In this document: positions 37,301 to 52,300 of the stretch, piece after piece
How positions within the stretch are numbered: the stretch's first letter is position 1
Layout of the letters: every line of letters begins with the position of its first letter
Source of the DNA: the human T2T-CHM13v2.0 reference genome, Homo sapiens
DNA: 64,000 nucleotides
Assembly (NCBI RefSeq): GCF_009914755.1
Contig: NC_060928.1
Direction: 5' to 3' (one strand)
Notes under the pieces: model-generated
What the model was told of the DNA's origin: nothing
The model's database searches: none
The model's input: the letters and a program-made list of their open reading frames with translations, nothing else
Program-made: the position numbers and the translations under genes

Positions 37301-40300
37301 GGGCATTTCAAGCGCTTTCAGGCCTATGGAGAGAAAGGAAATACCTTCAAATAAAAACTAGACAGAAGCATTCTCAGAAACTTATTTGTGATGTGTGTCC
37401 TCAACTAACAGAGTTGAACCTTTGTTTTGATACAGCATTTTGGAAACACTCCTTTTGTAGAATCTGCAGGTGGATATTTGGATAACTTTGAAGATTTCGT
37501 TGGAAACCGGAATATCTTCATATAAAATCAAGACAGAAGCATTCTCGGAAACATCTCTGTGATGTTTGCATTCAACTCAGTAGAGTTGAACACTTCCTTT
37601 CATAGAGCAGGTTTGAAACACTCTTTCTGCACTACCTGGAAGCGGACATTTCGAGCGCTTTGAGGCCTATGGTGAAAAAGGAAATATCTTCTCATAAAAA
37701 CCAGAAAGAAGCATTCTCAGAAACTTCTTTGTGTTGTGTGTACTCAAGTAACAGTGTTGAACCTTCCTTTTGACACAGCAGTTTTGAAACACTCTTTTGG
37801 TAGAATCTGCAAGTGGATATTTGGATAGCTTTGAGGATTTCGTTGGAAACGGGTTATCTTCATATAAAATCCAGACAGGAGCATTCTCAGAAACTTCTTT
37901 GTGCTGCATGTCCTCAATTCACAGAGCTGAACCTTTGTTTGGATACAGCATTTTGGAAACATTCCTTTAGTAGAATCTGCAAGTTGATATTTAGATAGCT
38001 TTGAAGATTTCGTTGGAAACGGGAATATCTTCATAGAAAATCTAGACGGAAGCATTCTCAGAAACTGCTTTGTGATGTTTGCATTCAAGTCACAGAGTTG
38101 AATATTCCCTTTTATAGAGTAGGTTTGAAACACTCTTTCGGCACTACCTGGAAGTGGATATTTCGAGCTCTTTGAGGCCTATGGTTAAAAGGAAATATCT
38201 TCCCATAAAAACTAGACAGAAGCCGTCTCAGAAACTTGTTTGTGATGTGTGTATTCAACTACCAGAGTTGAACATTTCTGTTACAGAGCAATTTTAAAAC
38301 ACTCTTTTTGTGGAATCTGAAAGTGGATAATTGGATAGCTTTGTGGATTTCGTTGGAAACGGGATGACGTATAAAATCTAGAGAGAAGCATTCTCAGGAA
38401 CTTCTTTCTGATGTTTGCATTCAAGTCACAGAATTGAACATTCCTTTTCATAGTGCAGGTTTGAAACACTCTTTCTGTAGTATCTGGAAGTGGACATTTC
38501 AAGCGCTTTCAGGCCTACGGGGAGAAAGGAAATATCTTCAAATAAAAACTAGACAGAAGGATTCTCAGAAACTTATTTGTGATGTGTGTCCTAAACGAAC
38601 ACAGTTGAACCTTTGTTTTGATACAGCATTTTGGAAACACTCCTTTTGTAGGATCTGCAGGTGGATATTTGGATAGATTTTAAGATTTCGTTGGAAACGG
38701 GAGTTTCTTCATAGAAACTCAAGACAGATGCATTCTCAGAAACATCTCTGTGATGTTTGCATTCCACTCATAGAGTTGAAAACTTCCTTTCATAGAGCAG
38801 GTTTGAAACACTCTTTTTGTAATATTTGGAAGTGGACATTTGCAGCGCTTTGAGGCCTATGGTGAAAAAGGAAATATCTTCTCATAAAAACCAGAAACAA
38901 GCATTCTCAGAAACTTCTTTTTGATGTGTGTACTCAAGTAACAGAGTTGAACCTTCCTTTTGACACAGCAGTTTTGAAACAATCTTTTTGTAGAATCTGC
39001 AAGTGGATATTTGGATAGCTTTGAGGATTTCGTTGGAAACGGGATATCTTCATATAAAATCTAGACAGAAGCATTCTCAGAAACTTCTTTGTGCTGTATG
39101 TCCTCAATTAACAGAGTTGAACCATTGCTTGGATACAGCATTTTGGAAACATTCCTTGAGTAGAATCTGCAAGTTGATATTTAGATAGATTTGAAGATTT
39201 CGTTGGAAAAGGGAATATCTCCATAGAAAATCTAGAGGGAAGCATTCTCAGAAACTGCTTTGTGATGTTTCCATTCAAGTCACAGAGTTGAATATTCCCT
39301 TTTATAGAGCACGTTTGAAACACTCTTTCTGCACTATCTGGAAGTGGACATTTCGAGCGCTTTGAGGCCTATGGTGAAAAAGGAAATATCTTCCCATAAA
39401 AACTAGACAGAAGCATTCTCAGAAACTTGTTTGTGATGTGTGTATTCAACTAACAGAGTTGAACTTTTGTTTTTACAGAGCCGTTTTAAAACACTCTTTT
39501 TGTGGAATCAGAAAGTGGATATTCGGATGGCTCTGAGGATTTCGTTGGAAGCGGGATTACATATAAAATCTAGAGAGAAGCATTCTCAGGAACTTCTTTG
39601 TGATGTTTGCATTGAAGTCACAGAATTGAACATTCACTTTGATAGAGCAGGTTTGAAACACTCATTCTGTAGTATCTGGAAGTGGACATTTCAAGCGCTT
39701 TCAGGCCTATGGTGAGAAAGGAAATATCTTCGAATAAAAACTAGACAGAAGCATCCTCAGAAACTTATTTGTGATGTGTGTCCTCAACTAACAGAGTTGA
39801 AACTTTGTTTTGATACAGCATTTTGGAAACACTCTTTTTGTAGAATCTGCAGGTGGATATTTGGATAGCTTAGAGGGATTCGTTGGAAAGGGGATATCTT
39901 CATATAAAATCTAGACAGAAGCATTCTCAGAAACTTATTTGTGATGTGTGTCCTCAACTAACAGAGTTGAACCTTGGTTTTGATACAGCATTTTGGAAAC
40001 ACTCCTTTTGTAGAATCTGCAGGTGGATATGTGGATAGCTCTGAAGATTTCGTTGGAAACGGGAATTTCTTCATATAAAATCAAACAGAAGCATTCTCAG
40101 AAACTTCTCAGTGATGTTTGCATTCAGCTCATGGAGTTGAACACTTCCTTTCATAGAGCCGGTTTGAAACACTCTTTCTGCACTACCTGGAAGAGGACAT
40201 TTCGAGCGCTTTGAGTCCTATGGTGAAAAAGGAAATATCTTCTCATAAAAACCAGAAAGAAGCATTCTCAGAAACTTCTTTGTGTTGTGTGTACTCATGT

Positions 40301-43300
40301 AACAGTGTTGAACCATCCTTTTGACAGAGCAGTTTTGAAACACTCTTTTTGTAGAATCTGCAAGTGGATATTTGGATAGCTTTGAGGATTTCGTTGGAAA
40401 CGGGATGACATATAATATCTAGAGAGAAGCATTCTCAGGAACTTCTTTGTGATGTTTGCATTCAAGTCACAGAATTGAACATTCCCTTTCATAGAGCAGG
40501 TTTGAAACACTCTTTCTCTAGTATCTGGAAGTGGGCATTTCAAGCGCTTTCAGGCCTATGGAGAGAAAGGAAATACCTTCAAATAAAAACTAGACAGAAG
40601 CATTCTCAGAAACTTATTTGTGATGTGTGTCCTCAACTAACAGAGTTGAACCTTTGTTTTGATACAGCATTTTGGAAACACTCCTTTTGTAGAATCTGCA
40701 GGTGGATATTTGGATAACTTTGAAGATTTCGTTGGAAACCGGAATATCTTCATATAAAATCAAGACAGAAGCATTCTCGGAAACATCTCTGTGATGTTTG
40801 CATTCAACTCAGTAGAGTTGAACACTTCCTTTCATAGAGCAGGTTTGAAACACTCTTTCTGCACTACCTGGAAGCGGACATTTCGAGCGCTTTGAGGCCT
40901 ATGGTGAAAAAGGAAATATCTTCTCATAAAAACCAGAAAGAAGCATTCTCAGAAACTTCTTTGTGTTGTGTGTACTCAAGTAACAGTGTTGAACCTTCCT
41001 TTTGACACAGCAGTTTTGAAACACTCTTTTGGTAGAATCTGCAAGTGGATATTTGGATAGCTTTGAGGATTTCGTTGGAAACGGGTTATCTTCATATAAA
41101 ATCCAGACAGGAGCATTCTCAGAAACTTCTTTGTGCTGCATGTCCTCAATTCACAGAGCTGAACCTTTGTTTGGATACAGCATTTTGGAAACATTCCTTT
41201 AGTAGAATCTGCAAGTTGATATTTAGATAGCTTTGAAGATTTCGTTGGTAACGGGAATATCTTCATAGAAAATCTAGACGGAAGCATTCTCAGAAACTGC
41301 TTTGTGATGTTTGCATTCAAGTCACAGAGTTGAATATTCCCTTTTATAGAGTAGGTTTGAAACACTCTTTCGGCACTACCTGGAAGTGGATATTTCGAGC
41401 TCTTTGAGGCCTATGGTTAAAAGGAAATATCTTCCCATAAAAACTAGACAGAAGCCGTCTCAGAAACTTGTTTGTGATGTGTGTATTCAACTACCAGAGT
41501 TGAACATTTCTGTTACAGAGCAATTTTAAAACACTCTTTTTGTGGAATCTGAAAGTGGATAATTGGATAGCTTTGTGGATTTCGTTGGAAACGGGATGAC
41601 GTATAAAATCTAGAGAGAAGCATTCTCAGGAACTTCTTTCTGATGTTTGCATTCAAGTCACAGAATTGAACATTCCTTTTCATAGTGCAGGTTTGAAACA
41701 CTCTTTCTGTAGTATCTGGAAGTGGACATTTCAAGCGCTTTCAGGCCTACGGGGAGAAAGGAAATATCTTCAAATAAAAACTAGACAGAAGGATTCTCAG
41801 AAACTTATTTGTGATGTGTGTCCTAAACGAACACAGTTGAACCTTTGTTTAGATACAGCATTTTGGAAACACTCCTTTTGTAGGATCTGCAGGTGGATAT
41901 TTGGATAGATTTTAAGATTTCGTTGGAAACGGGAGTTTCTTCATAGAAACTCAAGACAGATGCATTCTCAGAAACATCTCTGTGATGTTTGCATTCCACT
42001 CATAGAGTTGAAAACTTCCTTTCATAGAGCAGGTTTGAAACACTCTTTTTGTAATATTTGGAAGTGGACATTTGCAGCGCTTTGAGGCCTATGGTGAAAA
42101 AGGAAATATCTTCTCATAAAAACCAGAAACAAGCATTCTCAGAAACTTCTTTTTGATGTGTGTACTCAAGTAACAGAGTTGAACCTTCCTTTTGACACAG
42201 CAGTTTTGAAACAATCTTTTTGTAGAATCTGCAAGTGGATATTTGGATAGCTTTGAGGATTTCGTTGGAAACGGGATATCTTCATATAAAATCTAGACAG
42301 AAGCATTCTCAGAAACTTCTTTGTGCTGTATGTCCTCAATTAACAGAGTTGAACCATTGCTTGGATACAGCATTTTGGAAACATTCCTTGAGTAGAATCT
42401 GCAAGTTGATATTTAGATAGATTTGAAGATTTCGTTGGAAAAGGGAATATCTCCATATAAAATCTAGAGGGAAGCATTCTCAGAAACTGCTTTGTGATGT
42501 TTCCATTCAAGTCACAGAGTTGAATATTCCCTTTTATAGAGCACGTTTGAAACACTCTTTCTGCACTATCTGGAAGTGGACATTTCGAGCGCTTTGAGGC
42601 CTATGGTGAAAAAGGAAATATCTTCCCATAAAAACTAGACAGAAGCATTCTCAGAAACTTGTTTGTGATGTGTGTATTCAACTAACAGAGTTGAACTTTT
42701 GTTTTTACAGAGCCGTTTTAAAACACTCTTTTTGTGGAATCAGAAAGTGGATATTCGGATGGCTCTGAGGATTTCGTTGGAAGCGGGATTACATATAAAA
42801 TCTAGAGAGAAGCATTCTCAGGAACTTCTTTGTGATGTTTGCATTGAAGTCACAGAATTGAACATTCACTTTGATAGAGCAGGTTTGAAACACTCATTCT
42901 GTAGTATCTGGAAGTGGACATTTCAAGCGCTTTCAGGCCTATGGTGAGAAAGGAAATATCTTCGAATAAAAACTAGACAGAAGCATCCTCAGAAACTTAT
43001 TTGTGATGTGTGTCCTCAACTAACAGAGTTGAAACTTTGTTTTGATACAGCATTTTGGAAACACTCTTTTTGTAGAATCTGCAGGTGGATATTTGGATAG
43101 CTTAGAGGGATTCGTTGGAAAGGGGATATCTTCATATAAAATCTAGACAGAAGCATTCTCAGAAACTTATTTGTGATGTGTGTCCTCAACTAACAGAGTT
43201 GAACCTTGGTTTTGATACAGCATTTTGGAAACACTCCTTTTGTAGAATCTGCAGGTGGATATGTGGATAGCTCTGAAGATTTCGTTGGAAACGGGAATTT

Positions 43301-46300
43301 CTTCATATAAAATCAAACAGAAGCATTCTCAGAAACTTCTCAGTGATGTTTGCATTCAGCTCATGGAGTTGAACACTTCCTTTCATAGAGCCGGTTTGAA
43401 ACACTCTTTCTGCACTACCTGGAAGAGGACATTTCGAGCGCTTTGAGTCCTATGGTGAAAAAGGAAATATCTTCTCATAAAAACCAGAAAGAAGCATTCT
43501 CAGAAACTTCTTTGTGTTGTGTGTACTCATGTAACAGTGTTGAACCATCCTTTTGACAGAGCAGTTTTGAAACACTCTTTTTGTAGAATCTGCAAGTGGA
43601 TATTTGGATAGCTTTGAGGATTTCGTTGGAAACGGGATGACATATAATATCTAGAGAGAAGCATTCTCAGGAACTTCTTTGTGATGTTTGCATTCAAGTC
43701 ACAGAATTGAACATTCCCTTTCATAGAGCAGGTTTGAAACACTCTTTCTCTAGTATCTGGAAGTGGGCATTTCAAGCGCTTTCAGGCCTATGGAGAGAAA
43801 GGAAATACCTTCAAATAAAAACTAGACAGAAGCATTCTCAGAAACTTATTTGTGATGTGTGTCCTCAACTAACAGAGTTGAACCTTTGTTTTGATACAGC
43901 ATTTTGGAAACACTCCTTTTGTAGAATCTGCAGGTGGATATTTGGATAACTTTGAAGATTTCGTTGGAAACCGGAATATCTTCATATAAAATCAAGACAG
44001 AAGCATTCTCGGAAACATCTCTGTGATGTTTGCATTCAACTCAGTAGAGTTGAACACTTCCTTTCATAGAGCCGGTTTGAAACACTCTTTCTGCACTACC
44101 TGGAAGCGGACATTTCGAGCGCTTTGAGGCCTATGGTGAAAAAGGAAATATCTTCTCATAAAAACCAGAAAGAAGCATTCTCAGAAACTTCTTTGTGTTG
44201 TGTGTACTCAAGTAACAGTGTTGAACCTTCCTTTTGACACAGCAGTTTTGAAACACTCTTTTGGTAGAATCTGCAAGTGGATATTTGGATAGCTTTGAGG
44301 ATTTCGTTGGAAACGGGTTATCTTCATATAAAATCCAGACAGGAGCATTCTCAGAAACTTCTTTGTGCTGCATGTCCTCAATTCACAGAGCTGAACCTTT
44401 GTTTGGATACAGCATTTTGGAAACATTCCTTTAGTAGAATCTGCAAGTTGATATTTAGATAGCTTTGAAGATTTCGTTGGAAACGGGAATATCTTCATAG
44501 AAAATCTAGACGGAAGCATTCTCAGAAACTGCTTTGTGATGTTTGCATTCAAGTCACAGAGTTGAATATTCCCTTTTATAGAGTAGGTTTGAAACACTCT
44601 TTCGGCACTACCTGGAAGTGGATATTTCGAGCTCTTTGAGGCCTATGGTTAAAAGGAAATATCTTCCCATAAAAACTAGACAGAAGCCGTCTCAGAAACT
44701 TGTTTGTGATGTGTGTATTCAACTAACAGAGTTGAACATTTCTGTTACAGAGCAATTTTAAAACACTCTTTTTGTGGAATCTGAAAGTGGATAATTGGAT
44801 AGCTTTGTGGATTTCGTTGGAAACGGGATGACGTATAAAATCTAGAGAGAAGCATTCTCAGGAACTTCTTTCTGATGTTTGCATTCAAGTCACAGAATTG
44901 AACATTCCTTTTCATAGTGCAGGTTTGAAACACTCTTTCTGTAGTATCTGGAAGTGGACATTTCAAGCGCTTTCAGGCCTACGGGGAGAAAGGAAATATC
45001 TTCAAATAAAAACTAGACAGAAGGATTCTCAGAAACTTATTTGTGATGTGTGTCCTAAACGAACACAGTTGAACCTTTGTTTAGATACAGCATTTTGGAA
45101 ACACTCCTTTTGTAGGATCTGCAGGTGGATATTTGGATAGATTTTAAGATTTCGTTGGAAACGGGAGTTTCTTCATAGAAACTCAAGACAGATGCATTCT
45201 CAGAAACATCTCTGTGATGTTTGCATTCCACTCATAGAGTTGAAAACTTCCTTTCATAGAGCAGGTTTGAAACACTCTTTTTGTAATATTTGGAAGTGGA
45301 CATTTGCAGCGCTTTGAGGCCTATGGTGAAAAAGGAAATATCTTCTCATAAAAACCAGAAACAAGCATTCTCAGAAACTTCTTTTTGATGTGTGTACTCA
45401 AGTAACAGAGTTGAACCTTCCTTTTGACACAGCAGTTTTGAAACAATCTTTTTGTAGAATCTGCAAGTGGATATTTGGATAGCTTTGAGGATTTCGTTGG
45501 AAACGGGATATCTTCATATAAAATCTAGACAGAAGCTTTCTCAGAAACTTCTTTGTGCTGTATGTCCTCAATTAACAGATTTGAACCATTGCTTGGATAC
45601 AGCATTTTGGAAACATTCCTTGAGTAGAATCTGCAAGTTGATATTTAGGTAGATTTGAAGATTTCGTTGGAAAAGGGAATATCTCCATAGAAAATCTAGA
45701 GGGAAGCATTCTCAGAAACTGCTTTGTGATGTTTCCATTCAAGTCACAGAGTTGAATATTCCCTTTTATAGAGCACGTTTGAAACACTCTTTCTGCACTA
45801 TCTGGAAGTGGACATTTCGAGCGCTTTGAGGCCTATGGTGAAAAAGGAAATATCTTCCCATAAAAACTAGACAGAAGCATTCTCAGAAACTTGTTTGTGA
45901 TGTGTGTATTCAACTAACAGAGTTGAACTTTTGTTTTTACAGAGCCGTTTTAAAACACTCTTTTTGTGGAATCAGAAAGTGGATATTCGGATGGCTCTGA
46001 GGATTTCGTTGGAAGCGGGATTACATATAAAATCTAGAGAGAAGCATTCTCAGGAACTTCTTTGTGATGTTTGCATTGAAGTCACAGAATTGAACATTCA
46101 CTTTGATAGAGCAGGTTTGAAACACTCATTCTGTAGTATCTGGAAGTGGACATTTCAAGCGCTTTCAGGCCTATGGTGAGAAAGGAAATATCTTCGAATA
46201 AAAACTAGACAGAAGCATCCTCAGAAACTTATTTGTGATGTGTGTCCTCAACTAACAGAGTTGAAACTTTGTTTTGATACAGCATTTTGGAAACACTCTT

Positions 46301-49300
46301 TTTGTAGAATCTGCAGGTGGATATTTGGATAGCTTAGAGGGATTCGTTGGAAAGGGGATATCTTCATATAAAATCTAGACAGAAGCATTCTCAGAAACTT
46401 ATTTGTGATGTGTGTCCTCAACTAACAGAGTTGAACCTTGGTTTTGATACAGCATTTTGGAAACACTCCTTTTGTAGAATCTGCAGGTGGATATGTGGAT
46501 AGCTCTGAAGATTTCGTTGGAAACGGGAATTTCTTCATATAAAATCAAACAGAAGCATTCTCAGAAACTTCTCAGTGATGTTTGCATTCAGCTCATGGAG
46601 TTGAACACTTCCTTTCATAGAGCCGGTTTGAAACACTCTTTCTGCACTACCTGGAAGAGGACATTTCGAGCGCTTTGAGTCCTATGGTGAAAAAGGAAAT
46701 ATCTTCTCATAAAAACCAGAAAGAAGCATTCTCAGAAACTTCTTTGTGTTGTGTGTACTCATGTAACAGTGTTGAACCATCCTTTTGACAGAGCAGTTTT
46801 GAAACACTCTTTTTGTAGAATCTGCAAGTGGATATTTGGATAGCTTTGAGGATTTCGTTGGAAACGGGATGACATATAATCTCTAGAGAGAAGCATACTC
46901 AGGAACTTCTTTGTGATGTTTGCATTCAAGTCACAGAATTGAACATTCCCTTTCATAGAGCAGGTTTGAAACACTCTTTCTCTAGTATCTGGAAGTGGGC
47001 ATTTCAAGCGCTTTCAGGCCTATGGAGAGAAAGGAAATACCTTCAAATAAAAACTAGACAGAAGCATTCTCAGAAACTTATTTGTGATGTGTGTCCTCAA
47101 CTAACAGAGTTGAACCTTTGTTTTGATACAGCATTTTGGAAACACTCCTTTTGTAGAATCTGCAGGTGGATATTTGGATAACTTTGAAGATTTCGTTGGA
47201 AACCGGAATATCTTCATATAAAATCAAGACAGAAGCATTCTCGGAAACATCTCTGTGATGTTTGCATTCAACTCAGTAGAGTTGAACACTTCCTTTCATA
47301 GAGCAGGTTTGAAACACTCTTTCTGCACTACCTGGAAGCGGACATTTCGAGCGCTTTGAGGCCTATGGTGAAAAAGGAAATATCTTCTCATAAAAACCAG
47401 AAAGAAGCATTCTCAGAAACTTCTTTGTGTTGTGTGTACTCAAGTAACAGTGTTGAACCTTCCTTTTGACACAGCTGTTTTGAAACACTCTTTTGGTAGA
47501 ATCTGCAAGTGGATATTTGGATAGGTTTGAGGATTTCGTTGGAAACGGGTTATCTTCATATAAAATCCAGACAGGAGCATTCTCAGAAACTTCTTTGTGC
47601 TGCATGTCCTCAATTCACAGAGCTGAACCTTTGTTTGGATACAGCATTTTGGAAACATTCCTTTAGTAGAATCTGCAAGTTGATATTTAGATAGCTTTGA
47701 AGATTTCGTTGGAAACGGGAATATCTTCATAGAAAATCTAGACGGAAGCATTCTCAGAAACTGCTTTGTGATGTTTGCATTCAAGTCACAGAGTTGAATA
47801 TTCCCTTTTATAGAGTAGGTTTGAAACACTCTTTCGGCACTACCTGGAAGTGGATATTTCGAGCTCTTTGAGGCCTATGGTTAAAAGGAAATATCTTCCC
47901 ATAAAAACTAGACAGAAGCCGTCTCAGAAACTTGTTTGTGATGTGTGTATTCAACTACCAGAGTTGAACATTTCTGTTACAGAGCAATTTTAAAACACTC
48001 TTTTTGTGGAATCTGAAAGTGGATAATTGGATAGCTTTGTGGATTTCGTTGGAAACGGGATGACGTATAAAATCTAGAGAGAAGCATTCTCAGGAACTTC
48101 TTTCTGATGTTTGCATTCAAGTCACAGAATTGAACATTCCTTTTCATAGTGCAGGTTTGAAACACTCTTTCTGTAGTATCTGGAAGTGGACATTTCAAGC
48201 GCTTTCAGGCCTACGGGGAGAAAGGAAATATCTTCAAATAAAAACTAGACAGAAGGATTCTCAGAAACTTATTTGTGATGTGTGTCCTAAACGAACACAG
48301 TTGAACCTTTGTTTAGATACAGCATTTTGGAAACACTCCTTTTGTAGGATCTGCAGGTGGATATTTGGATAGATTTTAAGATTTCGTTGGAAACGGGAGT
48401 TTCTTCATAGAAACTCAAGACAGATGCATTCTCAGAAACATCTCTGTGATGTTTGCATTCCACTCATAGAGTTGAAAACTTCCTTTCATAGAGCAGGTTT
48501 GAAACACTCTTTTTGTAATATTTGGAAGTGGACATTTGCAGCGCTTTGAGGCCTATGGTGAAAAAGGAAATATCTTCTCATAAAAACCAGAAACAAGCAT
48601 TCTCAGAAACTTCTTTTTGATGTGTGTACTCAAGTAACAGAGTTGAACCTTCCTTTTGACACAGCAGTTTTGAAACAATCTTTTTGTAGAATCTGCAAGT
48701 GGATATTTGGATAGCTTTGAGGATTTCGTTGGAAACGGGATATCTTCATATAAAATCTAGACAGAAGCATTCTCAGAAACTTCTTTGTGCTGTATGTCCT
48801 CAATTAACAGAGTTGAACCATTGCTTGGATACAGCATTTTGGAAACATTCCTTGAGTAGAATCTGCAAGTTGATATTTAGATAGATTTGAAGATTTCGTT
48901 GGAAAAGGGAATATCTCCATATAAAATCTAGAGGGAAGCATTCTCAGAAACTGCTTTGTGATGTTTCCATTCAAGTCACAGAGTTGAATATTCCCTTTTA
49001 TAGAGCACGTTTGAAACACTCTTTCTGCACTATCTGGAAGTGGACATTTCGAGCGCTTTGAGGCCTATGGTGAAAAAGGAAATATCTTCCCATAAAAACT
49101 AGACAGAAGCATTCTCAGAAACTTGTTTGTGATGTGTGTATTCAACTAACAGAGTTGAACTTTTGTTTTTACAGAGCCGTTTTAAAACACTCTTTTTGTG
49201 GAATCAGAAAGTGGATATTCGGATGGCTCTGAGGATTTCGTTGGAAGCGGGATTACATATAAAATCTAGAGAGAAGCATTCTCAGGAACTTCTTTGTGAT

Positions 49301-52300
49301 GTTTGCATTGAAGTCACAGAATTGAACATTCACTTTGATAGAGCAGGTTTGAAACACTCATTCTGTAGTATCTGGAAGTGGACATTTCAAGCGCTTTCAG
49401 GCCTATGGTGAGAAAGGAAATATCTTCGAATAAAAACTAGACAGAAGCATCCTCAGAAACTTATTTGTGATGTGTGTCCTCAACTAACAGAGTTGAAACT
49501 TTGTTTTGATACAGCATTTTGGAAACACTCTTTTTGTAGAATCTGCAGGTGGATATTTGGATAGCTTAGAGGGATTCGTTGGAAAGGGGATATCTTCATA
49601 TAAAATCTAGACAGAAGCATTCTCAGAAACTTATTTGTGATGTGTGTCCTCAACTAACAGAGTTGAACCTTGGTTTTGATACAGCATTTTGGAAACACTC
49701 CTTTTGTAGAATCTGCAGGTGGATATGTGGATAGCTCTGAAGATTTCGTTGGAAACGGGAATTTCTTCATATAAAATCAAACAGAAGCATTCTCAGAAAC
49801 TTCTCAGTGATGTTTGCATTCAGCTCATGGAGTTGAACACTTCCTTTCATAGAGCCGGTTTGAAACACTCTTTCTGCACTACCTGGAAGAGGACATTTCG
49901 AGCGCTTTGAGTCCTATGGTGAAAAAGGAAATATCTTCTCATAAAAACCAGAAAGAAGCATTCTCAGAAACTTCTTTGTGTTGTGTGTACTCATGTAACA
50001 GTGTTGAACCATCCTTTTGACAGAGCAGTTTTGAAACACTCTTTTTGTAGAATCTGCAAGTGGATATTTGGATAGCTTTGAGGATTTCGTTGGAAACGGG
50101 ATGACATATAATATCTAGAGAGAAGCATTCTCAGGAACTTCTTTGTGATGTTTGCATTCAAGTCACAGAATTGAACATTCCCTTTCATAGAGCAGGTTTG
50201 AAACACTCTTTCTCTAGTATCTGGAAGTGGGCATTTCAAGCGCTTTCAGGCCTATGGAGAGAAAGGAAATACCTTCAAATAAAAACTAGACAGAAGCATT
50301 CTCAGAAACTTATTTGTGATGTGTGTCCTCAACTAACAGAGTTGAACCTTTGTTTTGATACAGCATTTTGGAAACACTCCTTTTGTAGAATCTGCAGGTG
50401 GATATTTGGATAACTTTGAAGATTTCGTTGGAAACCGGAATATCTTCATATAAAATCAAGACAGAAGCATTCTCGGAAACATCTCTGTGATGTTTGCATT
50501 CAACTCAGTAGAGTTGAACACTTCCTTTCATAGAGCCGGTTTGAAACACTCTTTCTGCACTACCTGGAAGCGGACATTTCGAGCGTTTGAGGCCTATGGT
50601 GAAAAAGGAAATATCTTCTCATAAAAACCAGAAAGAAGCATTCTCAGAAACTTCTTTGTGTTGTGTGTACTCAAGTAACAGTGTTGAACCTTCCTTTTGA
50701 CACAGCAGTTTTGAAACACTCTTTTGGTAGAATCTGCAAGTGGATATTTGGATAGCTTTGAGGATTTCGTTGGAAACGGGTTATCTTCATATAAAATCCA
50801 GACAGGAGCATTCTCAGAAACTTCTTTGTGCTGCATGTCCTCAATTCACAGAGCTGAACCTTTGTTTGGATACAGCATTTTGGAAACATTCCTTTAGTAG
50901 AATCTGCAAGTTGATATTTAGATAGCTTTGAAGATTTCGTTGGAAACGGGAATATCTTCATAGAAAATCTAGACGGAAGCATTCTCAGAAACTGCTTTGT
51001 GATGTTTGCATTCAAGTCACAGAGTTGAATATTCCCTTTTATAGAGTAGGTTTGAAACACTCTTTCGGCACTACCTGGAAGTGGATATTTCGAGCTCTTT
51101 GAGGCCTATGGTTAAAAGGAAATATCTTCCCATAAAAACTAGACAGAAGCCGTCTCAGAAACTTGTTTGTGATGTGTGTATTCAACTAACAGAGTTGAAC
51201 ATTTCTGTTACAGAGCAATTTTAAAACACTCTTTTTGTGGAATCTGAAAGTGGATAATTGGATAGCTTTGTGGATTTCGTTGGAAACGGGATGACGTATA
51301 AAATCTAGAGAGAAGCATTCTCAGGAACTTCTTTCTGATGTTTGCATTCAAGTCACAGAATTGAACATTCCTTTTCATAGTGCAGGTTTGAAACACTCTT
51401 TCTGTAGTATCTGGAAGTGGACATTTCAAGCGCTTTCAGGCCTACGGGGAGAAAGGAAATATCTTCAAATAAAAACTAGACAGAAGGATTCTCAGAAACT
51501 TATTTGTGATGTGTGTCCTAAACGAACACAGTTGAACCTTTGTTTAGATACAGCATTTTGGAAACACTCCTTTTGTAGGATCTGCAGGTGGATATTTGGA
51601 TAGATTTTAAGATTTCGTTGGAAACGGGAGTTTCTTCATAGAAACTCAAGACAGATGCATTCTCAGAAACATCTCTGTGATGTTTGCATTCCACTCATAG
51701 AGTTGAAAACTTCCTTTCATAGAGCAGGTTTGAAACACTCTTTTTGTAATATTTGGAAGTGGACATTTGCAGCGCTTTGAGGCCTATGGTGAAAAAGGAA
51801 ATATCTTCTCATAAAAACCAGAAACAAGCATTCTCAGAAACTTCTTTTTGATGTGTGTACTCAAGTAACAGAGTTGAACCTTCCTTTTGACACAGCAGTT
51901 TTGAAACAATCTTTTTGTAGAATCTGCAAGTGGATATTTGGATAGCTTTGAGGATTTCGTTGGAAACGGGATATCTTCATATAAAATCTAGACAGAAGCT
52001 TTCTCAGAAACTTCTTTGTGCTGTATGTCCTCAATTAACAGATTTGAACCATTGCTTGGATACAGCATTTTGGAAACATTCCTTGAGTAGAATCTGCAAG
52101 TTGATATTTAGGTAGATTTGAAGATTTCGTTGGAAAAGGGAATATCTCCATAGAAAATCTAGAGGGAAGCATTCTCAGAAACTGCTTTGTGATGTTTCCA
52201 TTCAAGTCACAGAGTTGAATATTCCCTTTTATAGAGCACGTTTGAAACACTCTTTCTGCACTATCTGGAAGTGGACATTTCGAGCGCTTTGAGGCCTATG